Shown: positions 1-9,896 of the stretch, in pieces
Position numbering within the stretch: position 1 is the first letter of the stretch
How the letters are laid out: every line of letters starts with the position of its first letter
Source: an uncultured Acidobacteriota bacterium
GTDB lineage: Bacteria; Acidobacteriota; Thermoanaerobaculia; Multivoradales; UBA5704
DNA length: 64,000 nt
Direction: 5' to 3'
Assembly: GCA_963770895.1 (NCBI GenBank)
Contig: CAVYRF010000002.1
Coordinates: 1,408,001 to 1,472,000 of the forward strand
Notes under the pieces: model-generated
Database searches by the model: none
What the model was told of the DNA's origin: nothing
Seen by the model: only the letters and a program-made list of their open reading frames with translations
Translations under genes and position numbers: made by a program

Positions 1-176
1 GGACGGCGGGCCACCGCCACTTCGTGCTGTGCGCCGTCCAGGCGCAGGCTGTAGAACCCGTCGCGCACCCGCGCCACGTCCACGACGTACTGGCGGTCGC
101 CAAGGGTGATCTGGTAGCCGCCGGCCGCCGGCTCGATGCGCAGGCGCTGGTCTTGCTTGCCGGCGATCAGGTCCAT
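1..176 (-). CDS. Biotin carboxyl carrier protein-like subunit, N-terminal part (runs off window)
   Basis: Read by hand: ATG at 176 gives MDLIAGKQDQRLRIEPAAGGYQITLGDRQYVVDVARVRDGFYSLRLDGAQHEV..., overlapping the biotin carboxylase stop. This resembles the N-terminus of biotin/lipoyl carrier subunits; the biotinyl motif would lie outside the window. Confidence 0.65.
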   Translation of the reverse strand, partial: MDLIAGKQDQRLRIEPAAGGYQITLGDRQYVVDVARVRDGFYSLRLDGAQHEVAVARR

Positions 177-1810
177 CCCTGGCCTCCTCCGCGCACCGCT
201 TCCACCCGTCCGGCCTGCCGCCAGCGCCGCCGGCGAGGTGCCGCGGCGCTGGCATCGGCGCCACCGCCCTGACCGCCGCCGCCGGCACCGCCGGCATCGG
301 TGCCGCCGCTGCTCAAGCCGGCACCGCGGCGGCTGCGCTCGTAGTGATGGATCGCCGCGGCCAGCAGCGGCAGGTCGGCAACCTCTTCCGTCTCGACGGG
401 ATGCAGGACGCCGGCGGCCAGCTTGCGGTCGAGCATGCCGATGTCCAGGCGGCCGGCGCGAAAATCGTCGTCGGCCAGCAGCGCCCGGAACAGCGGCGCC
501 GTGGTGCGAATGCCCTCCACCCGCAGCTCGGCCAGGGCGCGCTCCAGCCGCGCCAGGGCGCGCTCGCGGTCGGCCGCCCAGACGCTCAGCTTGGCGAGCA
601 TCGGGTCGTAGTGGATGGACACCTCGCCGCCTTCGTAGACGCCGCAGTCGTTGCGGATGCCGGGGCCTTCGGGGAGACGCAGCATGGTGATGCGGCCGGG
701 CGAGGGCGCGAAACGCTGGAAGGGGTCTTCGGCGTAGAGGCGCACCTCGATGGCATGACCGCGCGGCGTGACGTCGTCGAATTCGGGGCCCAGCGGCTCG
801 CCTTCGGCGACCCGGATCTGGGTCTCCACCAGGTCGATGCCGGTGACCAGCTCGGTGACCGGGTGCTCGACCTGGAGGCGCGTGTTCATCTCCAGGAAGT
901 AGAACTCGCCGTTGGCCGCCAGCAGGAACTCGACGGTGCCGGCATTGCTGTAGCCGACCGCCGAGGCGGCGGCGACCGCGGCCTGCCCCATGCGGCGCCG
1001 CAGATCGGGCGTGACCGCCAGGGAGGGGGCCTCTTCCACGACCTTCTGGTGGCGCCGCTGCAGCGAGCACTCGCGCTCGCCCAGCGACACGACGCGGCCG
1101 TGCAGGTCGCCCATGACCTGGATCTCGACGTGGCGCGGATTGACGATCAGCTTTTCCAGGTAGACCGCGTCGTCGCCGAAGCTGGCCGCCGCCTCGGAGC
1201 GCGCGGCGCGATAGGCGGCGGCCAGGTCCGCGGCGGCAGCCACCTCGCGCATGCCCTTGCCGCCGCCGCCGGCGGCGGCCTTGAGCATCACCGGGTAGCC
1301 GATCGCGAGCGCGGCGCTCTCGGCAGCGGCCAGGTCGGGCAGCGCTTCGTGGCCGCCGGGCACCACCGGCACCCCCGCCGCCGTCATCAGCTTGCGGCTT
1401 TCGACCTTGCTGCCCATCGCCGCGATCGCTTCGGGCGAGGGGCCGATGAAGACCACCCCGGCGTCGCGGCACAGGCGGGCGAACTCGGCGCGCTCCGACA
1501 GGAAGCCGTAGCCCGGATGGATGGCGTCGGCGCCGATCTGGACCGCCAGCTGGACGATGGCGTCGGCGCGCAGATAGCTTTCCCGCGACGCCGCCGGACC
1601 GATCGGATAGGCCTCGTCGGCGAGGAGCACCGGCAGGCCGGCGCGATCCGGCTCCGAATAGATGACGGCGCTGCGGATGCCGAGCTCGCGCAGGCCGCGC
1701 ACGATGCGCACCGCGATTTCGCCGCGGTTGGCGATCAGCACCTTCTTGAGCCGGCGCCGCACCGGCGGCGGCACCGGCGGCGGCTGGGGAGTGTCGGCGG
1801 TCCTGGTCAT
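167..1810 (-). CDS. accC: Acetyl/propionyl-CoA carboxylase, biotin carboxylase subunit
   Basis: Motifs KVLIANRGEIAVR, HPGYGFLSE, GGGGKGM, RECSLQRRHQK, EMNTRLQVEHPVTE, YDPMLAKL. Confidence 0.95.
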   Translation of the reverse strand: MTRTADTPQPPPVPPPVRRRLKKVLIANRGEIAVRIVRGLRELGIRSAVIYSEPDRAGLPVLLADEAYPIGPAASRESYLRADAIVQLAVQIGADAIHPGYGFLSERAEFARLCRDAGVVFIGPSPEAIAAMGSKVESRKLMTAAGVPVVPGGHEALPDLAAAESAALAIGYPVMLKAAAGGGGKGMREVAAAADLAAAYRAARSEAAASFGDDAVYLEKLIVNPRHVEIQVMGDLHGRVVSLGERECSLQRRHQKVVEEAPSLAVTPDLRRRMGQAAVAAASAVGYSNAGTVEFLLAANGEFYFLEMNTRLQVEHPVTELVTGIDLVETQIRVAEGEPLGPEFDDVTPRGHAIEVRLYAEDPFQRFAPSPGRITMLRLPEGPGIRNDCGVYEGGEVSIHYDPMLAKLSVWAADRERALARLERALAELRVEGIRTTAPLFRALLADDDFRAGRLDIGMLDRKLAAGVLHPVETEEVADLPLLAAAIHHYERSRRGAGLSSGGTDAGGAGGGGQGGGADASAAAPRRRRWRQAGRVEAVRGGGQGWT

Positions 1811-4509
1811 GACAGGGCCGGTATGTTAGCAGCTGGCAGCGGCGGCTGAGGTTGCGGATCGAAGCGATCCGGCGGCCGCCGCCGCCGGCCGCCCCACACC
1901 ACCAGCCCGGGCAGCGCCGCCAGGCCGAGCAGCGCCGCCGCCACGCTCAGGTGGAAATTGGTGCGATCGACCCAGAGCCGCACCCGGTGCCGGCCGGCCG
2001 GCACCACCAACCCGTTGCGCACCAGGTTGGCGACCAGCAACGGCGCACGCTTGCCGTCCACGGTGGCGCGATAGATCAGGTTGGTGCGCTGGACCAGGAG
2101 CACCGAGCCGCCGGCGCCCACGTTCAGGTCCAGGTCCAGGCTTTCGGGGCCCTTGCTCAGGATGCGCACGGTGCCGCCCGCCGACGGCCGCGCCCCGCCC
2201 TTGCCGGGCATCATGACGTCGGTCTGCGGGTTGAAGGCATCCGTCTTCATCAGGTTGTAGGCCGTGGTCATGTCCGCCGCCAGCCAGACCCGGCGCGCCA
2301 GAAACGCCTGCGGCGCGCGGCCGGTCACCTCGTAGACGTGCACCGCCTGGCCGAAGCTCGGGAACTCGGCGAGCAGTCGCGAATGCGACGTGGGCCGCAG
2401 CGGCCGCTCCATGATCACGCGATCGACTCCCCAGGCGGCAAGCAGCCGCAGGCGCTGCTCGTCGGTGGCGGTCGGCAGGGCGCCCTGCACCAGGCGGATG
2501 TAGTACGAATCCAGCCCCTCGGGCGATTCGTTGATCTCGAAGCGCCGGTCCCACATCGGGCCGACAAAGGGGAACAGCTCGTAGAAGGCGCGCCGCTCCA
2601 GCCACAGCAGCGCATCCGAAGGGAACTTGCCGGCAGCCAGCACGGGCATCCCGAACAGGTGCTCGAAATCGGGGTTGACCGCCGTCATGCCGGCCGGCAG
2701 CCAGGCCAGCGCCGGCGGCGGCACCCGGTAGGGCGCCACCGGGTCGGTGGGATAGAGCGGGTGCAGCAGGAACACCTGCGACATCGCATGCACGGCGAGC
2801 AGCAGTCCGCCGGCGGTCCAGGCGGCGCGCGGCGAGCGCCCGATGCGCCGCGCCAGCAGCAGCAGCAGCAACAGGATGATCAACGAAAACAGGCACAGGC
2901 CGGCCCAGCGCACGCGCTCGTTGGCGACGAACCACTGCGGCTGCGCGGCGGGGATGATGGCGCGCAGGAAGCGGGTGGAAAGCCCCTGCGCCGCGTTGAG
3001 CAACACCCAGGCGACACCCAGCAGCAAGGTCAGGCCGCCGAGCGCCCAGACGAAGCGCCGCCGCGCCGCGTCAGGCGCCGCCGCGCCGGACTCCGCGCCG
3101 GCGCCAGCCCCGGCAGCCGCCCCGGAAACCGCCGCCATCACCTTGGCGAAACCCTGGCCGCACAGCAGGCTGGCGCCCACCGCCACCGGCAGCCAGAACT
3201 TCACCGGGTAGCGCAGCGCCCCCGATCCGCCGCGCGCGAACAGCCACTGCATCAGCGGGTTGAACCGCCCCAGCGAGAAGAAGATCCCCGCCGCGATGGC
3301 TCCCCACGCCCACCAGGCCGCCCGGCCGCGCGGCCGCCCGCCGGCGGCGATCAACGCCAGCGCCAGCAAGCCCGGATAGAGAGAAGGATAGAGGGGGGGC
3401 GCACCGGTGAAGTAGGGCGCGGCCCAGAACGTGCCGCCGAGGCGGATGTCCAGGCGGCCGAACAGAGTGGGCAGCAGCCACTCCGCCGCCTGCCGCGGGT
3501 CCCAGCTGGCGATCGTCGCGACGCTGGCGGTGTAGCCGCGCACGCCGCGGAACGACTGCGGCAGGATGCGCAGGAACTCCTCGATCTGCGGCAGCGCGAT
3601 CAGCGTGCCGCAGACGAAGGCGGCGCCCACCAGCAGCAGCAGGCGCCAGGCCGGCCCGCCGCCGCCGCCGGCAGCACCCCGCCGCCATAGCCAGCGGTCG
3701 CCGGTGACGGCCAGCGCCGTGGCGGCGAGACCGCCGCCCAGCGCCACCATCAGCGGATCGCCGCCCACCAGCAGCAGCGCCCACAGCAGGCCGGCGGCGG
3801 CGGCGTACAGCCCGGCGCGCCGGCCCCGGCCGGGCAGGACGCAGCCCAGGCACGCCGCCACCAGCGCCGGCGCCAGGGTGGCCCCCGCGATCAGGTTGTA
3901 GAACGACAGGTGGGACAGGTAGAAACCGCACGCCGCGTAGCAGACCCCCGCCGCCCAGGCCGGTTCGCGCGCCAAGCCCCATCGTCGCGCCATCCAGGCG
4001 CCGGCAAAGGGGGCCAGCAGCAGGTGGATCCAGAAGTGCGCGTTGAGCGCCCAGATCGGTGACGCCCACAACAGAAGGACGGTCGTGGGGTAGAACGGCG
4101 CCCCGTTCGGGTTGCCGGCGAGCGGCTCGCCGCCGCCGCGGTAGGGATCGAGCAGCGGAAAGAACCCCTGGCGCAGGGCGCGCGCCTCGGCCCATTTCAT
4201 CTCCAGGTGGGCGTTGAGCACGTCCCGCATGTAGAGCGTGGTCGTGCCGCGCGCCAGCGGCAGGGCGATCCAGGCCAGCGCCAGCATCACCGGCAGCACG
4301 TAGAGCAGAGCGAACCGCGATCTGGACATCGCCGGCGGCGGGGCGGGGACGGCCGCGGTGGCGGTCGGGACGGCCGTGACCGCGGCGACATCCGCCGCCG
4401 GCGCGGCCGGCGGGGCGTCCGCGACGGCCGGTGGGACCGCGGCCGGCGACGGGTCGGCGAGCGCGGGCTCCGGGGCCGCGCCGGTGGATGGTGACTGTGG
4501 CTCGCTCAT
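1807..4509 (-). CDS. YfhO-like multi-TM membrane protein (putative GT-C glycosyltransferase)
   Basis: Likely start is MSEPQ at 4509; the upstream part of the track ORF is antisense shadow. Motifs YMRDV, FFPLLDPYRGGGEPLAGNPNGAPFYP, LRYPVKF and C-terminal RATVDGK...VPAGRHRVRL; many TM segments. Confidence 0.75.
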   Translation of the reverse strand: MSEPQSPSTGAAPEPALADPSPAAVPPAVADAPPAAPAADVAAVTAVPTATAAVPAPPPAMSRSRFALLYVLPVMLALAWIALPLARGTTTLYMRDVLNAHLEMKWAEARALRQGFFPLLDPYRGGGEPLAGNPNGAPFYPTTVLLLWASPIWALNAHFWIHLLLAPFAGAWMARRWGLAREPAWAAGVCYAACGFYLSHLSFYNLIAGATLAPALVAACLGCVLPGRGRRAGLYAAAAGLLWALLLVGGDPLMVALGGGLAATALAVTGDRWLWRRGAAGGGGGPAWRLLLLVGAAFVCGTLIALPQIEEFLRILPQSFRGVRGYTASVATIASWDPRQAAEWLLPTLFGRLDIRLGGTFWAAPYFTGAPPLYPSLYPGLLALALIAAGGRPRGRAAWWAWGAIAAGIFFSLGRFNPLMQWLFARGGSGALRYPVKFWLPVAVGASLLCGQGFAKVMAAVSGAAAGAGAGAESGAAAPDAARRRFVWALGGLTLLLGVAWVLLNAAQGLSTRFLRAIIPAAQPQWFVANERVRWAGLCLFSLIILLLLLLLARRIGRSPRAAWTAGGLLLAVHAMSQVFLLHPLYPTDPVAPYRVPPPALAWLPAGMTAVNPDFEHLFGMPVLAAGKFPSDALLWLERRAFYELFPFVGPMWDRRFEINESPEGLDSYYIRLVQGALPTATDEQRLRLLAAWGVDRVIMERPLRPTSHSRLLAEFPSFGQAVHVYEVTGRAPQAFLARRVWLAADMTTAYNLMKTDAFNPQTDVMMPGKGGARPSAGGTVRILSKGPESLDLDLNVGAGGSVLLVQRTNLIYRATVDGKRAPLLVANLVRNGLVVPAGRHRVRLWVDRTNFHLSVAAALLGLAALPGLVVWGGRRRRPPDRFDPQPQPPLPAANIPALS

Positions 4510-4542
4510 CGCTTGGCGCGCATCCCCCGTACAATACCGCGC

Positions 4543-5463
4543 GTGATCGCTCCCCTGATTCGCTCGTTGCGCCCCGCCCAATGGGCGAAAAACGTCTTCG
4601 TCCTGGCGCCCCTGGTCTTCGGCAGCCGGCTCGGCGACGCCGTGGCCGTCGGCCGCGCCCTGCTGGCGCTGGCTGCCTTCTGCTGCGCCGCTTCGGCGGT
4701 CTACCTGATCAACGACCTGCGCGACCGCGAGGAGGACAGACGCCATCCGCTCAAGCGGCTGCGCCCCCTGGCCGCCGGCACCCTCAAGCCGGGAGTCGCC
4801 GTCGCGGCGGTCGTGGTCCTGGTCGGCGCGGTGGCGGCGTTCGGCTGGCAGCTGGGCAGCGGCTTCGCTTGGGCGGTGGGAGCTTATCTCGTCCTCAACC
4901 TGCTCTACACGCTCTGGTTGAAGCACATGGTCATCCTCGACGTGATGAGCGTCAGCTTCTGCTACGTGCTGCGCGTGCTGGCCGGCGCCCGCGCCACCGA
5001 CATCCAGGTGTCCAGCTGGCTCTTCCTGTGCACCACGTTCCTCGCCCTGTTCCTGGCCTTTTCCAAGCGCCGCCACGAGATCACCCTGCTGGCCCAGGGC
5101 GCTGCGGGCCAGCGGCCGGTGCTGGACAACTACAGCCCGGCCTTCCTCGACCAGATGATCAACGTGGTGACCGCGTCGTCGGTGGTGTCCTACGCGCTGT
5201 ACGCGGTAGCCCCCGAAACGGTGGCCAAGTTCCACACCCAGCGCTTGATCTACACCATCCCGCTGGTGCTCTTCGGCATCTTCCGCTACCTCTATCTGAT
5301 CTACCAGCGAACCGATCTGCGCAATCCAACCGAAGCCATCCTGCGCGACGCGCCCTTCCTGATCAACATCGCCCTGTGGGGCCTGGCGGTGCTCTGGATC
5401 GTCTACGGCCACGGACTGTGGAGCGCCATCCTGCCCCACGCGGCGGGGGCCGCTCCGCCGTGA
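4543..5463 (+). CDS. UbiA-family decaprenyl-phosphate phosphoribosyltransferase-like protein
   Basis: LRPAQWAKNVFV, YLINDLRDREEDRRHPLKRLRPLAAG, LKHMVILDV, SKRRHE, YTIPLVLFGIFRYLYL, NPTEAILRD; these are typical of the DPPR synthase (Rv3806c-like) family. Confidence 0.88.
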   Translation: MIAPLIRSLRPAQWAKNVFVLAPLVFGSRLGDAVAVGRALLALAAFCCAASAVYLINDLRDREEDRRHPLKRLRPLAAGTLKPGVAVAAVVVLVGAVAAFGWQLGSGFAWAVGAYLVLNLLYTLWLKHMVILDVMSVSFCYVLRVLAGARATDIQVSSWLFLCTTFLALFLAFSKRRHEITLLAQGAAGQRPVLDNYSPAFLDQMINVVTASSVVSYALYAVAPETVAKFHTQRLIYTIPLVLFGIFRYLYLIYQRTDLRNPTEAILRDAPFLINIALWGLAVLWIVYGHGLWSAILPHAAGAAPP

Positions 5464-6569
5464 GCCGCGGCGCGCTCTGGCACCACGCGCGCCGCTGGCT
5501 CCCCTGGCTGGCGGCCGCCGCGATCCTCGCCCTGATGGCGGCACGCGTGCCGGCGGCCGACCTGCGCCGCGCCTTCGCCACCGGGCCGTCGTGGGCGGTG
5601 GCCCTGTGCTCGGTGGCGGTGGTCGCGGTGGCGCTCGCCGCCGACTCCTGGGCGACGCTGGCGGCCTTCGCGGTCACCGGCATCCGCTGTCCCTGGCGCG
5701 AGCTGCTGCTCGCACGCGGCGCCAGCTACCTGTTGGGCCTGCTGGGGGGCGCCGCCGGGCAGGGGGGCATGGGGCTCTATCTGCACCGCGCCGGCGTCGC
5801 AGCCCTGCGCGCGGTGGGCACCGTCCTGTTCCTGCTCGCCACCCAGGTCGCCGCCCTGGCCGTGGTGGCGGCGGCGGGGGTGGCCGGCGAGCTGGCGGGC
5901 TCCTTCGGCGCCCCCACCAGATCCGGCGGCGCGGTGGCGGTGGTCGGGGCCTCCGCGGTCGCCGCGGCCGGGAGCGGCGCCGGGGCGGCGAGCGCGGCGG
6001 CCATGGCCCACCAGTCCCTGCCGCTGCTGGCGCTGCTGGCGGCGGCCTTCCTGGTCTACCTGGCGGTGATCGGCTGGTGGCAGCCCGCCTGGCTCACCCG
6101 CCACGCCGCGCTGGCGCCCGCCTTCGCCGCCGGCGGCCGCGGCTTCGTGCGCGCGGTCGCGGCGCGCCTGCCGCACGTGGCGGTGATGACCGTCGGCCTG
6201 TGGCTGGGGCTGCGGCTGTGGGGAGTGCCGCTGCCGTTTTTCCACGGCCTGGTGGTGATCTCGGTCGCCGTGCTGGTCACCGTGGTGCCGCTGGTGCCCA
6301 GCGGCCTGGGCACCCTGGAGCTGGCGGTGGTGGACCTGGTGGCGCCGTACGCCCCCGCCGCCGCGGTCGCGACCCAGCGCGCCAGCGTCCTGGCCTGCAC
6401 CCTGGTCTACCACCTGTTCAGCCTGGCCGCCCAGGCCGCCGTGGGCCTGCTGTGCCTGGCGCTCCTGGCGCGCCGGCCGCCGGATACGGGTTGCCGGATC
6501 AGTCCACTGCCGGCGGCTTTGGCGCCGCGGACCGGCGATTTTGGCGCGCGGCCAAGGGCTGCCGGTTGA
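5460..6569 (+). CDS. Lysylphosphatidylglycerol-synthase TM / UPF0104 flippase-like membrane protein
   Basis: GTG start overlaps the UbiA stop (GTGA). Hydrophobic, with a VPLVPSGLGTLE motif typical of the family. Confidence 0.7.
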   Translation: MSRGALWHHARRWLPWLAAAAILALMAARVPAADLRRAFATGPSWAVALCSVAVVAVALAADSWATLAAFAVTGIRCPWRELLLARGASYLLGLLGGAAGQGGMGLYLHRAGVAALRAVGTVLFLLATQVAALAVVAAAGVAGELAGSFGAPTRSGGAVAVVGASAVAAAGSGAGAASAAAMAHQSLPLLALLAAAFLVYLAVIGWWQPAWLTRHAALAPAFAAGGRGFVRAVAARLPHVAVMTVGLWLGLRLWGVPLPFFHGLVVISVAVLVTVVPLVPSGLGTLELAVVDLVAPYAPAAAVATQRASVLACTLVYHLFSLAAQAAVGLLCLALLARRPPDTGCRISPLPAALAPRTGDFGARPRAAG

Positions 6570-6601
6570 ACCGCGGCGCCCGAGCGCTTACATTACCGGC
6601 C

Positions 6602-7555
6602 ATGGACCCGACATCCGTCTGGCCGCAGCCGCCCGAGGCGGAAGCCCGGCCGCTTCGCGTAGCAGTGGTGGTTCCCTGCCACAACGAGGCGGCGACGGTC
6701 GGCAAGGTGGTACGCGATTTTCGCGACGCCCTGCCCGGCGCGCAGATCCTGGTGGTGGACAACGCTTCGACCGACCGCACCGCCGTGCTCGCCCGCCAGG
6801 CCGGCGCCCGCGTGGTGCGCGAACCGCGCGCCGGCAAAGGGTTCGCGCTGCTCACCGGCTTCCGCGAAGCGCGCGGCGCCGACTTCTTCGTCATGGTGGA
6901 CGGCGACGACACCTACCCGGCCGAAGACGTGGTCAAGCTGCTCGAAGCGGCCCAGGCGGGGGCCGACATGGTGGTCGGCACCCGCCTGCAGGACGCCGAG
7001 CAGGGCGCCTTCCGCCCCGGCCATTCGTTCGGCAACCTGCTGTTCAACGCCCTGGTGCGGGTGCTGTTCGGCGTCCGCACGATGGATCTTTTCTCCGGCT
7101 ACCGCGTGCTGTCGCGGCGTTTCCTGGAAACGACGCCGCTGATCGCCCGCGGCTTCGAGGTGGAGGCAGAGCTGTCGCTGCAGGCGGTGGTGCAGCGCTA
7201 CCGCACCGACGAGGTGCCGATCCGCTATCGCGCGCGCCCCGAAGAGAGCCCCAGCAAGCTGCACACCTATCGCGACGGGTATCGCATCCTAATGGCGATC
7301 CTGATGTTCTTCCGCGACTACCGGCCGCTCAACTTCTTCGGCCTGCTCGCCCTGGCGCTGCTGGTCCTGTCGCTCGGCGGCGGCGGCGTGGTGATCGTCG
7401 AGTTCCTGCACACCGGCCTGGTGCCGCGGCTACCGCTGGCCGTGCTGTCGGCCGGCCTGTTCATCCTCAGTGCCCTGTCGCTGACTTGCGGCGTGCTGCT
7501 CTCCTCGATCAATCGCCGGGCGGCCGAGATCGCGGCGCTCATTCCGTGGCGGTGA
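6602..7555 (+). CDS. GT2 glycosyltransferase (polyprenol-phosphate sugar synthase-like) with two C-terminal TMs
   Basis: VVVPCHNEA, VVDNASTD, GKG, MVDGDDTYP (DxD), DLFSGYR, GFEVEAEL, SKLHTYRDG. Confidence 0.9.
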   Translation: MDPTSVWPQPPEAEARPLRVAVVVPCHNEAATVGKVVRDFRDALPGAQILVVDNASTDRTAVLARQAGARVVREPRAGKGFALLTGFREARGADFFVMVDGDDTYPAEDVVKLLEAAQAGADMVVGTRLQDAEQGAFRPGHSFGNLLFNALVRVLFGVRTMDLFSGYRVLSRRFLETTPLIARGFEVEAELSLQAVVQRYRTDEVPIRYRARPEESPSKLHTYRDGYRILMAILMFFRDYRPLNFFGLLALALLVLSLGGGGVVIVEFLHTGLVPRLPLAVLSAGLFILSALSLTCGVLLSSINRRAAEIAALIPWR

Positions 7556-7655
7556 CGACCCGCCCCCAGGCGCCGCGCGCCGCTCTCCGGCGCCCCCGCG
7601 CCTCCGCCGGCCGCCACCGCCACCGCCATCACCGCCGGCGGCCCTGACCCTCTCC

Positions 7656-9896
7656 ATGATCCTGGCCCTGGCTGACATCGGGGGCGCCCTGTCCACCCTC
7701 GCCGCCCTGGGCGCGCTGGCGGCGGGCGGCTACCTGATGGCGTTGCGCCTGCTGGGCAGCGAGCGGGCGCAGGCGGAGACGCTCGACCTCGCCATCGCCT
7801 GGCTGCTCGCGGCCACCGCCCAGGGCATCGGCGTGGCGCTCGCCGCCGGCGCCTGCGGCAAGCTGTACGCCGGCGTCGCCATCGCCGCCCAGGCCGCCCT
7901 CGCCGCGGCGCTGTGGCTCTGTCCGTGGCCGCGGGCGCGGCGCCTGTCGCGCGCCGAGCTGGCCGCTCCCGCCCGCCAGCTCGCCCGCCGCTCGGCGCAC
8001 CAGCTGCGCCGGCACCCCGCCCTGGCGCTGGTCGCCCTGCACGCCGCCGGCAGCGAGGCGCTGCGCGGCCTGCTGCGGCCGCCGCTGTCGTGGGACAGCC
8101 TGATGTACCACCTGCAGCTGACCGGCACCTGGCTGCTGCGCCACGACCTGGCGCCGGTCTTCGGCGCCTACCCGATGAACTACTACGGCTACACGCCGGC
8201 GAACGGTTCGGTGTGGGTGTGGTGGTGGATGGCGCCGTCGCACAGCGAGCTCTACATCAACCTGGCCTTCCTGCCGCAGTGGGTGCTGCTGGCGCTCGCC
8301 ACCGGCGGCGTGGCGCGCCTGCTGGGGGCGCGCCGCCACTGGCCGCTGGCGGCGTTCCTGGTGGCGCTGACCCCGACCGTGCTGCGCTTTGCCGCGACGC
8401 AATACGTGGACATCTTCACCGCCGCCTGCCTGGTCGGCGGCGCCTACTTCGGCCTGCGCTGGCTGCGGCGGCCGCTGTGGGGCGACGCCCTGCTGGCGGC
8501 GGCCGGGCTGGGCGTCGCGGCGGGGGCCAAGGTGCTGGGCCTGGTCTATGCCGCGGCGCTCGCCGCGACGCTGCTGCCGCTCTGCCGCGGCGGCGCCTGG
8601 CGCCGGCGCGCCGTCCAGGCGGTGGCGGGGCTGGCGCTGGCGGCCGGGCTCGGCGGCTTCTTTTACCTGCGCAACATGGCGCTGGGGGTGGACCCCCTGG
8701 CCCTGCAATGTGAAGGGCTGCCCCACCGCCAGCCGGTGCACGGCCTGCCGCAGGTGCCGCGCCCCAACTCGGTGGCGGCGCTGCCGCAGCAGATGCTGGC
8801 CCAGGGCCGCCTGGCGCGCGCCTTCCTGGGCACCGTCGAGGAGCCCGGCCCGCCCTTTGTCGACCTGGGGGTGGGACCGCAGATCTTCCTGCTGCTGCTC
8901 GGCCTGCCCGCCCTGGGCCTGGTCGCGGCGCGCGGCCGGCGCCGCGAGGCCGCGATCGTCGGCGGCCAGGTGCTGCTCGAGGCAGCCTTCTGGGCAACCG
9001 TCCCCTATGCCGCCTTCAACCAGGTCTTCGCCAACATCCGCTACCTCCTGCCAGGCCTCGGCCTCCTGACCGCGGCCAGCGTCGCCGGCGCCGAGACAGT
9101 GGGCGCCGGGGCGGGCGGCGACGACGACGCCCGCGCCGGCGATCGGGCCGGCGCGGACGGCCATCGCGACCGGTGGCTGCAGGGGATCGCGCTGGCCATT
9201 GCCATCCAGGACCTGCTGCAGCTGCACACCCAGCTCTCGGACGGCATGCGCCTGGTGATCGGCGCCGCGGACGTGGCGGCGGTCGCCTGGGCGCTGGCGC
9301 CGCGCTGGCGCCGGACGGCGGCGGCGGCCCGGCCCGTTCTGGCGGTGGTGGCGGCGGCGACGGCGCTGGCGATGCTGGCGGCGGTGCCCTGGTTCGCGCG
9401 GTTCCGGGCCGGCGACCGGACGCGCGCCTTCCTGCACGAGTACACCGCGCATGGCATCAACGTGGCGCTGTACGCCGGCGGCTGGGACTGGCTGGACCGG
9501 CACGGCGCGCGCGGCGCGGTGGACGTGATCAATGCGCCGGACACGTTCTTTCTCTATCCGGCGATGGGTCCCTACCTGACGCGGCAGGCGCTGTACGTCA
9601 ACGTCAATCCGAGCGACCTGCCGGCGGCGGCGGCGTATCCGCTCTGCCAGCCGCGGGTCGCGCCCAGCCCGGACGCCTGGATCGCCAACCTGCGGCGTGC
9701 CGGCGTGCGCTGGCTGGACCTGAGCCGCATCCCCCCCTTCCCGTTCGCCATGGAAGATGGCTGGGCACGCGCCCGCCCCGACCTGTTCGCCCTGCGCTTC
9801 GGCGACGGCAACAACCGGATCTACGAGGTGCTGGGCGGCGCACCGCCGGCGGCGACCGTCCATCCGCCGGCCGGCGCCGGGAGGCCCGCGGCGTGA
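7656..9896 (+). CDS. Multi-TM GT-C-fold glycosyltransferase-like protein, paralog A
   Basis: PPLSWDSLMYHL acidic motif in the first loop, then TQYVD, GAK, NIRYL and YPAMGPYL; many TM segments. Strongly similar to 11915-14227. Confidence 0.7.
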   Translation: MILALADIGGALSTLAALGALAAGGYLMALRLLGSERAQAETLDLAIAWLLAATAQGIGVALAAGACGKLYAGVAIAAQAALAAALWLCPWPRARRLSRAELAAPARQLARRSAHQLRRHPALALVALHAAGSEALRGLLRPPLSWDSLMYHLQLTGTWLLRHDLAPVFGAYPMNYYGYTPANGSVWVWWWMAPSHSELYINLAFLPQWVLLALATGGVARLLGARRHWPLAAFLVALTPTVLRFAATQYVDIFTAACLVGGAYFGLRWLRRPLWGDALLAAAGLGVAAGAKVLGLVYAAALAATLLPLCRGGAWRRRAVQAVAGLALAAGLGGFFYLRNMALGVDPLALQCEGLPHRQPVHGLPQVPRPNSVAALPQQMLAQGRLARAFLGTVEEPGPPFVDLGVGPQIFLLLLGLPALGLVAARGRRREAAIVGGQVLLEAAFWATVPYAAFNQVFANIRYLLPGLGLLTAASVAGAETVGAGAGGDDDARAGDRAGADGHRDRWLQGIALAIAIQDLLQLHTQLSDGMRLVIGAADVAAVAWALAPRWRRTAAAARPVLAVVAAATALAMLAAVPWFARFRAGDRTRAFLHEYTAHGINVALYAGGWDWLDRHGARGAVDVINAPDTFFLYPAMGPYLTRQALYVNVNPSDLPAAAAYPLCQPRVAPSPDAWIANLRRAGVRWLDLSRIPPFPFAMEDGWARARPDLFALRFGDGNNRIYEVLGGAPPAATVHPPAGAGRPAA

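Noticed and set aside
4510-5544. N-terminal extension of the 1245-aa ORF, and similar extensions of ORFs 32632-35895, 32737-35883, 44919-50624, 56081-58363 and 58700-62281
   Set aside because: They overlap well-supported genes in other frames or strands. Stop codons are scarce at this GC content, so starts were reassigned.
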